A DNA stretch of 60,505 bases, counting the filler, from Globobulimina sp. (taxonomy: Eukaryota): the NCBI GenBank assembly GCA_003354225.1. It is 11 parts of 11 records of this genome, joined end to end, with 100 filler letters (N's around TTAATTAATTAA, not from the genome) between each part and the next. Parts side by side here need not be neighbours in the genome. Positions count along the whole stretch, not along the records: positions 11,033 to 16,444 come from PIVH01000586.1; positions 16,545 to 21,955 come from PIVH01000587.1; positions 22,056 to 27,465 come from PIVH01000588.1; 8 more parts are not named here. The stretch is one strand, 5' to 3'. The stretch's first letter is position 1, and each line of letters starts with the position of its first letter. The notes under the pieces were generated by a model, which worked only from the letters and a program-made list of their open reading frames with translations, had not been told where the DNA came from and ran no database searches. This document shows positions 11,033-22,658 of the stretch, one piece after another. The position numbers were made by a program, and so were the translations under genes.

Positions 11033-11249
11033 GTTAGTAGAATGCCTTCAAATTTTGCTTTTGAACCAATCACTTGTTTTCATACAATAATCACTAAGCA
11101 ACGCTAATCGGTCACTCGAAACAAATGACGGCTCGGGTTGTATGATCGAATATGAATAAAAGGAAAAAACAATTGGATATGAACGCCAATGCAAATGGCA
11201 AAGTATTTGTATTGACTGTGAGAAGCGGTGCAGTGGGCATTACGTTTAT
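11033..11249 (+). repeat. Direct repeat copy 1 (partner at 16228-16444)
   Basis: Diverged 5' half, then identical GGTTGTATGATCGAATATGAATAAAAGG...GGGCATTACGTTTAT. Confidence 0.9.
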
Positions 11250-11365
11250 TTTAGAGCCGCCTTTTAATGCTGCACTGCATCACTGTGATAATACGAGATA
11301 GATCACTGTACATAAACAATATGCTGATACAAAAAACATAAAAACAATTATTTTACAAAATCAGT

Positions 11366-13813
11366 TTAAAAATTCCTGGCAAGTGGCGGTCTCTTTCTCT
11401 TGCGTTTTTTTTGTTTCTTTTTTGGTTTTGGTTTCTTTCTTTCTTTGTATATTAACCAACACGCACCATTCCTCTCGCATTTCCATTTGATAGAATTCAA
11501 AGAATTAATGAATGCGTCAATTTTCTCTGAAGGCATTGGGTCATACGGAATATAAAACCTCTTACTTTCGTTTCGTATTCCAAATTCAACTGATTCTAAA
11601 CAAATGAAATTAAGTTTACATTTTGTGTTCTTTTCAATTTTAAATATTTCTGATTCTATAAACTCCAAATATGACGGATCCATTATCACCATCCAATCCG
11701 CAGACACTTTATCCTCAAAAGAATGCTGTACATTAATACGTGTACATTGTGAGAATATATCATTGCTCAAACCAAAGAATCTTAGAAATTGTTGTTCGTT
11801 TATAAACAATTCGTAAAATCCTCGGAAATTACGCCGTAATGCTTCAAGATTGATAGTAATTTGTTTTTTCCTCTGCACAAATAATTGAAAAACATTTTTC
11901 ATATAAGATTTCTGCTTAACATCTCCCCATAAAAACGAACTAATGATCTGATAATCCCGTTTTGTGGGCTTTTTTGCTTCATCTACAAAGAAACAGTCGC
12001 CATCCGTGGAGTTTGCGCCATGTAATACTGCATCAAATATAGTGAGTGCTCTAATTGCGCATCGATAGTTTTCTGCGGACTTAAGATCTCTCACATTATG
12101 GAACCGCAACGGAGCACGACCTCCAACAAAAAGACGTTCATCTTCGAATCCAAAAAAAGACAAAAATGAACAATCGAAGTACCTCAAAGGTCCGCCCGAA
12201 TCGCCATATTGCTTTAATTCCAAAATGCAGCCATTATCAGAAGCAAATAATGCTGCAATTTGTATCTGTGGAGTGGTTGATGTTGGACCTTTGAAGGAAG
12301 CTACAAATGATTCGAATAATACTTTTGATGAAACTCCGGTATAAAAAGTAGATATTTTCGAATAACAATCCATTTTCGTGCCATACAATTCCACACATTC
12401 TCTCATTAATCGCTGCCAATTTGCATATTCACGGCACCGCACTTTAAACTGTTTGTTACTTTCACCTTTCCTGATTTTTCTGAATGACTCACTGAAAGAA
12501 TACGATAAATCCGAAAAATCAGTGTATAAAATAATTGACAACAAATGGTTTACAGATATTACATATCCTTTAGGAATCTCCATCAATTCATACATATCAT
12601 CCAATGAACCGCCGCCAGGAATTCTCATTGCTTGAATGCATCACATTCTTTATGGAATTTAACAGCTTTGATATATGACTCATGGAAAGCTGCGGCATTC
12701 AATGTGCATGTTTTATTGTTCATTATTTCTTCTTTAATGTTTCTGTATTTTTTCTCTATACCACTCGCTGAATGTATCACCATTATTATAAACAATATCT
12801 TTGTCGTTGTTGTTTTTATAACATCGCCAGAAATAACAACGTTTTCCAAAACTGAATTCTTTTAAATCTGTATTATCTGTTTTAGTTTCCACGTTTTCAT
12901 TATCTAATTTTGCTTCATTCTGTTTTTCGTCATCATGACTGGCCTTTGTTTGAAGAATAAATTTGGTCTTTTGGACTCGTTCCATACCTCTGTGATTTTG
13001 TAAAATCTGTCTTTTGTCACATAAATACGTTTTCAATTTACGTATTTCTGAATCTTGATAAAATATCTTGTGATCATCATCTTTTTCCTGGATTTCATCG
13101 TTTGTATTATCACTTTTGTCAGAAATTGGCTCAGTATGCCATCTAAACCCAGTCTGATACGAATGAATAAAATTACAATGAATATTGTCTAACAAATCAG
13201 TAAAAAATGTAATTTGTAAACTATATTATTAATAATGTAATTATAAATTACATACAATTTAAAAACTATCTGCAAAGTGCATCCATCAAAAATATTATAA
13301 TCAGATAATGTCAATTTATCCATTAATTGCTGTCCAGTAAATATTAATCGTTGATTTTCGACTGGAATGCCTTGTTTTTGTTGAACTCTTTGTTTAATAT
13401 CTTTGATATTGTCGTTTGGATTAACATTTAACGGAATGCATTTGCCATTTAATGTTTTGATATAAATACTTTTTGCAGTGGATTGAGGCAATTTTATTGA
13501 CCGTGACCATCCCCTTTTTTTTGTTTTTTTTTAGTATTTTTATTTGTATTTTATTATAGAAACATTATCATAGACTCATAGGATCATACAATTTCATTGC
13601 TAAATATAAGGTTTCTTGTTTATTTATGTTATAATCTGCTAAGGTATTTTCATCATTTAATTGCTTTCCATGAGCAATTAATCGTTGTTGTTGAGGTAAT
13701 ATATCTTCTTTATCTTGGATTTGGATTTTAATACTTTGAATTGTATCATTTGGCTCCACCTCCAATGTAATTGGTTTACCATGTAATGTTTTGATTGTTA
13801 TTGGGAACAACAT
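11366..13813 (-). pseudogene. Ubl-Ubl-linker-ADP-ribosyltransferase-like gene with two frameshifts
   Basis: Two ubiquitin-like exons ([36 protein letters not shown]) spliced in frame to FFTDLLDNIHC...; ART-like FYTGV / GPTSTT / FEDERLF; frameshifts near 12758 and 12631. Confidence 0.6.
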
Positions 13814-14007
13814 GTTTAACGGATAATTTGTATAAAGTATGATTAAGATGAGAGTAGCAACAAAACTTGACGAAAAGTTAAAAATCTTCGCTAACAAATC
13901 CCAACTCCCCAAGACCACGAAAGCTATACAAGTTAGATATTAGCGACCTTGCATTCCATTTGTTTCCTGTGCATCAGCATCAATACAATTGAATTGAAAT
14001 CAAGAGA

Positions 14008-15882
14008 ATGAGCAGTATTGTATGGTTCGTCTGCATTGCAATTTTAACTCGTCTGGTTGAATCAAACCGGTTTATTAATAACGAATCACAGCAAACCGGT
14101 TTACCAACAATAACCCCAAGTATTGAACCAACAACACTTGCACCATCAAAATGGTCTTCATGGTACGGAGGAAATGGTGGTGTATTACATGAACTTTATG
14201 GAATAAACAACTCAAGCTATGTGACAAAGATATGTGTGACGGAAGGATCAGTAGTAATTGCAATTGAGGTGGAATTTAGTGATGGCACAATCCAGGCGGC
14301 AGGGAATGGAGATGACTCTGCTGAATGTTATTCCGTTGGTAACAACGAGTGCTTCACAAATGTAACATTACGGTATGGAACGCTGGTTGATTCATTACAG
14401 TTTCATACTTCATTTGGTAAAGTAAGCCGGATTTGGGGCGGTTTTGGAGGTGGTGGTCCTTATTCAGTTTATGGTAATGGATGTATTTCAAAATTAGATG
14501 TTCGGACAGGCGATGCATTGGACGCAATACGATTTTATTTTGGTGAGATTGTGTTTTCAAACGCAACCAGCGATCACCCAACGGTGGCACCAATAGCAAT
14601 GCCTACCAATGAACCAACCACTGAACCAACAACAATTGCACCGTCGACATCCAATATTGATAAACAATGGTCTTCGTGGTACGGAGGAGTTGGCGGCGGA
14701 TTACATGAACTTTATGGAATAAACAACTCAAGCTATGTGACAAAGATATGTGTGACAGAAGGATCAGTAGTAATTGCAATTCTGGCAGAATTTAGTGATG
14801 GCACAATTCAGGTCGGAGGGAATGTAGATGAATTTGATGAATGTTATTCCGTTGGTAACAACGAGTGCTTCACAAATGTTACATTACGGTATGGAACGCT
14901 TGTCGATTCATTACAGTTTCATACTTCTTTTGGTAAAGTAGGCCCACATTGGGGTGGTTTTGGAGGTGGTGGTCCTTATTCAGTTTATGGTAATGGATGT
15001 ATTTCGAAATTAGATGTTCGGACAGGCGATGCATTGGATGCAATACGATTTTATTTTCGTGAGATTGTGTTTTCAAACGCAACCCGCGGCCCAACGGTGA
15101 TTTTAACAGCAATGCCTACCAATGAACCAACCACTGAACCAACAACAACGATTCCAACAACACTTGCACCATCAAAATGGTCTTCATGGTTCGGAGGAAA
15201 TGGTGGTGTATTACATGAACTTTATGGAATAAACAACTCAAGCTATGTGACAAAGATATGTGTGACAGAAGGATCAGTAGTAATTGCAATTGAGGTGGAA
15301 TTTAGTGATGGCACAATCCAGGTGGCAGGGAATGGAGATGACTCTGCTGAATGTTATTCCGTTGGTAACAACGAGTGCTTCACAAATGTAACGTTACGAT
15401 ACGGAGCGCTGGTTGATTTATTACAGTTTCATACTTCATTTGGTAAAGTAAGCAGAATTTGGGGTGGTTTTGGTGGTGGTGGTCCTTATTCAGTTTATGG
15501 TAATGGATGTATTTCAAAATTAGATGTTCGGACAGGCACTGCATTGGATGCAATACGATTTTATTTTGGTGAGATTGTGTTTTCAAACGCAACCAGCGAC
15601 CCAACTTCAGGTAATTTAATTTATATAATTGTTGACATCTTCACAAACATATAAATTCCAACAGTGATTCCCACAACGATTCCAACAACGATTCCAACAA
15701 CAATCCCTAGTATTGAACCAACAACGAATTCAACAGTAATTCCAACGGTGATTCCAACAGCAATTCCTACAATAACTCCAACAGTGATTCAAACAGCGTC
15801 TCCAGCTCATTCCAATAGCTTTGCAGTTTTATATTACACTCTGTTTTGCTTTTTTTTTGTTATGACTGATCACTTTTTTTAA
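14008..15882 (+). CDS. Secreted, probably GPI- or TM-anchored lectin with three jacalin-like domains and Thr/Pro stalks
   Basis: Signal peptide; three repeats of GGxGG...VDSLQFHTSFGK...WGGFGGG...RTGDALDAIRFYF; intron 15611-15664; hydrophobic C-terminus. Confidence 0.88.
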
Positions 15883-16227
15883 TCTGATCTAGTCGTTTGT
15901 TCCCAAAACATTTGAAAATTAAATATTATGGTATGATAGCTTTTTTTTTTGTGTTCTTTTTTTGTTTCTTTATTTCTAACTAATTTTAATTAATTTTATA
16001 TACTTACAATGGAAGGTTTAGAAGTTTATGCATTGAGAGGTTGGGATGTTCAGAAGTTGGTGGAAATAAGTATCATAGAATTGGATTCTTGTTTCATTAA
16101 TAATTCAACTTCTGAACGCATAAACCTCCGAACCTATCAACCTCTCAAACCTCTGACTTCAATGCAATTCTTTCAATTATTTTTGTCGATTTATTGATAG
16201 TATGAGCAAATCCTTTAAATTTTAGTC

Positions 16228-16444
16228 GTACGTAGAATCCATTCAAATGTTGATTTTGAAGCAATAACTTGTTTTAATACAATAATCACTAAGCAATGCT
16301 AATCTGTCTCTCGAAACATATGACTGGTCTGGTTGTATGATCGAATATGAATAAAAGGAAAAAACAATTGGATATGAACGCCAATGCAAATGGCAAAGTA
16401 TTTGTATTGACTGTGAGAAGCGGTGCAGTGGGCATTACGTTTAT
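16228..16444 (+). repeat. Direct repeat copy 2 (partner at 11033-11249)
   Basis: Sequence match as described for copy 1. Confidence 0.9.
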
Positions 16445-16812
16445 NNNNNNNNNNNNNNNNNNNNNNNNNNNNNNNNNNNNNNNNNNNNTTAATTAATTAA
16501 NNNNNNNNNNNNNNNNNNNNNNNNNNNNNNNNNNNNNNNNNNNNGTGGCTTGATTTCAAAATAAATTCTGAACTCGGATAATAAATAAGTTATAATCTGT
16601 AAAGGTTTCACAGAGAAAAAAAATAATATTTGTTAGAAAAGTACAAACGTATAAAAACAAATTACAATATCAATCAAAAACACACATAAAGGAATACAAC
16701 ATTTAATACAACAAACAATTAAAAAAAAAAGTGCGATATTTCAACGTGTAAAAACGAAATACAACACGACAAAGGGCTAGTTTTTGATAATAATATATGA
16801 TATGCGAGCAAA

Positions 16813-19800
16813 TCAATCAAGAGCTATTATTTGCTGTTGAATGTTAAGTTTAGACAAATCATCCGCTGCTTTGAGCCACTCTGAAAATCGTTCTACGAAT
16901 GGCTTAGGACCCGATAATATAATCCGATCAAACGGTGATAACTTTTCTACTCTACAACCCCCAGCATCACATTTTCTTTTTTGAATTATGTCAAATGCCG
17001 TGTCATTAATTGAACCCATTCTGCCCATATCTGGTACCGGTATATCAATATTGACATGTACTTCACCTTCAATTTCAATTTCAGGATCATCGTCAACTTT
17101 ATTCTCTTCCTTATCTTCCAATGTCATGCTGAAATCTGTTCCATTATCATCCAAAACTTGCGACAACATTTTCTCATCATTAGTCATCGACGACGTATTG
17201 TGTTGTGATAATTGTATCTCATCATTATGATTAATATCAGGATCCGGAGCACTTGTTTCAATCTGTAACGATTCTTCCGAACCACGAGAAGTCTCCAACT
17301 CTCCCAAATGTCGTGAGGTCTTAATAAGTTTGCTCTGTTTATCCATAGTGCTGCACCCTCGCTTTGAGACAAAGTGTTGCATCCTCGATACCCCGTATCC
17401 ATTTATTAAAAATGAGCGAATCCGGAACAAAGCTTTCGTTTCATTCCATTTATAAGCATGAATCTGCGCAAACTCTGTCAACTTTGGCTCAATGCTCTGA
17501 TCCGTATTTTGTTCGTGTTCACTGAAAATTAAATCTATCCAAAATCTCTTCGGATAGCGCGATTTTAAATATTTTAAATGGCCAATACAGGCCACATCCG
17601 ATGTGCTTTTATTATACCACACCAACAACACCCGACATGTATCCGTACCATATGTCAAATGATGATGTAACGCATTAATCATTGGCGTAACGCCCGTACC
17701 GCCGCATATTAATACAATTCTTCTCCAACATTGCCTTCCAAAGCCAAAGTTAATCGGTGCCAGCAACTGTTTTCTCTCAAACGGGCCCGTCAAACGCAAG
17801 GAATTATTGATCCGCAATGAATTTATAATTAGTGACATCCGGCCATGTTTATACAAGCGGACCAATAGAAACAACCGCCCCCTCTCTCTCGGCTTTGGTC
17901 TGCGCGTAAAACACTGCAAACAACTTTTCTGTTGATTTTTAGCAGCAAGCTTTTCCTCTTTAAGTCGAGTTCCATTATTACACAAAATGAAGTGTGGATT
18001 GATGGGAGTGTACGCGCGGGACACTGTTTGTTTGCCGGTATCGTGTAATAACACATAGTCCCCGGCACAAAACATGGTTCTTGCATCAATATCAAACTCC
18101 AACAACACCACTGGCCGACTGCAGTCCGCTGCGGACATCTTGGTCTTGCTCAATAACTTCACGATTCTAAAGCGCTTCGCATCGGACACTTTTTGAGTTT
18201 TGGCGGCCAAATCTGAGATAGTCAATCCATGCGATTTGTGTTTTAATAGCATCTGTTTCGAAATCATTCGCATTTTCTTGGCCTCCGCGGCCTCTGCAGC
18301 TGCGGCTTCATCGTCAGATATATTGTCAATGAGATGTATTAATTGGTCAATTTCAGGGCTGTCCAGGAATGCGTCCAATTTATGATGATCAAAGCCAACG
18401 TTGTCGGTCTCTTCGTCCCCATCGCTGTCAGATGGAGCGATATCCACTGCGTTGACGAATTTGGAGAAATTTCTATTGGTGAAGCCTCGTGGACTTACTT
18501 TTTGAGACTGGGAGGGAACCTCTCCAACAATCATTGTGGCCATTTGTTTTTTGGCCCATTCGGAATGTACGTATTTCTGCAGCCCATCTGGCGCTGTTTT
18601 GCCATGAAACAAGTCTGTGCAGTCCGTGCCAGTATGGTCCAATAACATTTTCCTTCCGCCGGGATGGCAGAGCTGCCATATTGTGACGTCCAACACATAT
18701 TTATCCACAATAATCCAAGCTGCGCCGGCGGATACTTTCTCGCCAATTTCATCCCATGTGAAAACATGGTAATTTGACTCGAATGCTATGCATATTCAAA
18801 TGAATATACTGTAGGTAACAAACGTATACTGTATACAGTACCTGAATATTCACTATTTTTCGACCATTTTGGATAATATCTTTTGTACATTTCACCGATA
18901 AAAATAAGTGAGACCAAAGGGCTAAACCAAACAGGTAACGATTGTAATATGGGTATGTCGAATGGTTGTAATCTCATCCAACCATACCAGATAGTAACAG
19001 GTGCGAGGAAATTAAGCAAGATTGCAAATAGCAAATGAAAATAATGTATCCTGTTGTACCATTCAGTTCTTTTCCAATTTTGAAACCAATATTGAACACC
19101 ATAACCACCTCCAAATTGAAAACATAACAAAGCCACACAAGATGTGCCCAATAAACCGTGTTTTGAATATGTCCCCGATGCAGTGGTACTTACTGCAAAA
19201 TAGGCGCTTGTTAAACTTGTCATTATACCTAATTTTATATTATTACATATATTTTTTTTGGACGGGCGCGTTGTTCATTTGCATGGTGCGCGTTGTTTTG
19301 GACGGGTGGGAGACGAATTTGGATGGTTTGTGTGATCTATTTTTTCGTACGTGTGCGGGGATACTTATTTCGTGTGCACACACAAGAAAATAGTGACACA
19401 CACACCAGCAACAATTGACCCGCACACGAAGAAAATATATACCGCACATTCAAGACCAATGTTTGTTAGCACATATTGTTCAAAATAAATACAAAACTAT
19501 ACTGTTTATCGTAGACAAACAAATGTTTCTATGTTAATTATGCGCTTAACAAAATACGACTAAAACCTCAGTGAACTATTGGTTTAAACAAAATATGTTA
19601 CGCAGTACAGTACACACCCAGCGATCCAATTTTTTTATGCGCGTCTTTCCACCATAACGTATGTCGTAAATACCTGGCGACAAATGCCGAGGTTGGATAT
19701 ATTAATCCAAACAAAAATATCATCGTTAAACCATGATACAATCGGACTTTATCAAAATCATTCAAATTTGTATTAGTTTTGCCAGTATACCAATTCACTA

Positions 19801-21389
19801 AAATTGTATATATAATAATCAATTATTAACAGCAAAGTAAACAAACATATCATACCTAATCCAGCCAGTCTATGGTTTGAATCATGTTTACAATCAAAGC
19901 AATTGAGTTGAAATGCAACAATAAAATATTGCGAACCATCCAATATGGGATAATCCCATTCATCGCTTGCTATTAATGGCCTTTTAAAATTAAAGACAGC
20001 AAAATTATCAATAAATTGGCCTGAAAAATCAAATACGTTGTCACTTCCTCCTCGTTCGGTATCTGATTCTGGAAACCACCCCGAACTGTAACTATCCTCT
20101 GCGAAAAATATACCGCCATTGCTCGCATTTGTATCACGCTCAAAGTTTATTTTTATAATATCCTGGCCATGCATAAACTCGCCAGCACCAAATCCAATGC
20201 CAACCCAACCAGATGAGGCTGCGTCGATTGTTAAGACAATATTAAATTCAATATAAGTAGCCACAATATCCCACGACATATCGTAAGCTCCATCAAACAA
20301 TGAAATGTATGTTGCACACGAACCTTATTATGATATGGCAAGAAACGAAGTAGAGAGTCTGTACTCGCCAGCACCAATAAAATAGAAACAATATACAATA
20401 GAAACAATATACAGCTGTCATATGACAACGATATACTGTCAGATTTATTGCATGACTCTGAAATTTCTTGCCATATTATACATATTACAGTATGGATGGC
20501 TATAATATAGTACCTGTACTTATTTCTGATGCAGTGTGAGGCAGAACGGGTTGAAGTGGTGCCTCCGTCGGTTGCGTGGCTGGATCCATAGTGCCAATGG
20601 TATAGGATAATGTACCTGCAGCCAACAAAAACAATATATATAAAACAAATATGAAAGACGAACAAATTAAAGCGTATTACACATCGATCGACCTTGATAA
20701 GCAAACACAAAACAAGTATTTTGTGTTTGTTTATAATTATAAGGCGCAGTGTAAATGATAAATATGTCCAGAAATAACTAATTCATAAATCAGTGTATGT
20801 ACTGATTGTACTCTGTTAATTTAAAAACAAAGCGGTACAAAGCGGTCTGAACAGGTACAACAAAAACACAATACTCGTTCTGCGAATAGACGTAACTGAT
20901 GGCTCGATTTGAGTCCATATTGGCAAATTTCTCAGACAACCCAACTGCGACAATAACATCTGTTACCGATGTGGTATTAAATATATTTGGAAAATCATAT
21001 GCTGATAAAGAATCTTCTGTTTTTCGGGTTAGTACAGCACATAATTTGTTGTCATCGACTGTTGTTACGGCGACTACAGAAATGGTGGTTGGAGCTAGAG
21101 TGCCTTCAGGAGTCGAAAAAAATGGATTGCCCAATGTTCTTTCTTCGACATCTAATGAATTTTCAAGATTCGGACACGCAATAATTGCATATGCACCTTC
21201 CATTGTTGTTGAATCAAAACCAATGCCAAACCATTTTGTAACAGGACCGCACATTTCAATGGTTGTTTCGTCTCCTACCACTTGCACTGTTATTGATACG
21301 CCGGGACTATATGTTTCTTGCGCAAATCCATTATTTTGCGATTTGACATTCGTGATCGTGATAAGACTTAAAATTGCTAATATGTACAT
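16813..21389 (-). CDS. Signal peptide-DOMON-DOMON-cytochrome b561-cytochrome b5-NAD(P)H:flavin reductase fusion (multi-exon)
   Basis: DOMON motifs WFGIGFDSTTM and WVGIGFGAGEFMHGQD; b561 histidines in LYHGL, DAHKK, SKHGL, YFHLL; b5 HPGG and YVHS; RAYTP; GGTGVTPM; SGPKPF; GT-AG introns join all parts in frame. Confidence 0.85.
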
Positions 21390-21592
21390 GGATGACGAAG
21401 TCACGGGGTTTTTTTATTATTATTTAAAAATCCTATTTTATCTCCTATTTTAGCAGCCTCTCAGCGCAGTAACCTTTGAACAGATGAAGTAATCATGCAT
21501 AATTATTTAAATTTAGATTAGAAATATTATTGCCAACAGAATAAGGTTAACTACGGCCGTTTACAGAATATACATTAAAACACAGTCTACAT

Positions 21593-21830
21593 TTAACACA
21601 TTTCATTTTCTGCGTTCTTTAGCAACATAGTTGCTTCTTTTACCGCTTGTTTTGCTGATCTTGACTTATCATCAACAAATTGCTTCAGATAACTTTTCAG
21701 AAATTTAACACGTAGACCAGGCTCATATTTTGATAGTGATAAAAATACCAAATCTGTAGGTACAATACATCTGATCGCCAGCGATGGAATAGGCGTCCGC
21801 AATGGATAAAAATTGGCATTCCTTAAACCA
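21593..21830 (-). CDS. 3' terminal exon of an unidentified gene
   Basis: Open frame after an intron-like tract, ending ...KNAENEMC*. Confidence 0.4.
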
Positions 21831-22055
21831 CCTAAAAAATATAACATATGTTCACATTGGAAACACATAGAAACATGCAAGTACCAACTTGGGGGAATGA
21901 TTCATTGAGTCGCTAATCATCTAATCGCGCTTGTGTGGGGATCCGTTTCACGAGGNNNNNNNNNNNNNNNNNNNNNNNNNNNNNNNNNNNNNNNNNNNNT
22001 TAATTAATTAANNNNNNNNNNNNNNNNNNNNNNNNNNNNNNNNNNNNNNNNNNNN

Positions 22056-22239
22056 GTGATCACTGGATTATGCAATGCAATGATAATAAGAATAATAAAT
22101 GTAATACGGATAACGACCTTACAGTCATTCCGAATTCCGAGAAATTCGACAATGTTAATAAAACAAACGCAATCGATATCAATATAGAAATTCAGGAAAC
22201 GTACATCGATCTGGTCAATTCAGATGACTTTAATTCAGA
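22056..22239 (+). repeat. Truncated inverted paralogue of 27193-27385 (zinc-knuckle gene 5' part)
   Basis: DHWIMQCNDNKNNKCN...IDLVNSDDFNS matches the minus-strand gene, with substitutions and a 9-nt deletion. Confidence 0.9.
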
Positions 22240-22658
22240 GGTCCTAGGTCCCAATTTATATTGCGCAATATAAGAACAACCCCTAATATAAGATAATGCA
22301 CTCTGTGTGTGGGGTATCTCGTATGACACACTAGACTGACTACTCTATACTCGCTCATATATGACTACACCCCGATATACTATAGTAGCCTTCAGCACAC
22401 AACTCGTTCAGTTTCCTTCTCTGGAGGCCTATACTTTATATGCTTTCGGAGGTTGTATTGAGACCTATCCGTATATACGTAACCCATAGGAGCCTACAAA
22501 AAGCCTTTAGACTCACCTTGCGGGTTCGAATCTTCGGCTTATGGTATTATTGATGGATGGATTTAGCTGGCGTTTTGATGCATTGCATGATGACTACTAA
22601 TATTTAACAGATTAGGTTACTTACTTCACTAGACATAAATCTCAGTAAGTTGGGCAGC

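Noticed and set aside
16813-18785. Nitrate reductase
   Set aside because: It has b5 and FAD/NAD modules, but the upstream exons are b561 and DOMON, with no molybdopterin domain
22500-22545. tRNA gene around GGTTCGAATC
   Set aside because: The T-stem pairs poorly and no cloverleaf could be built
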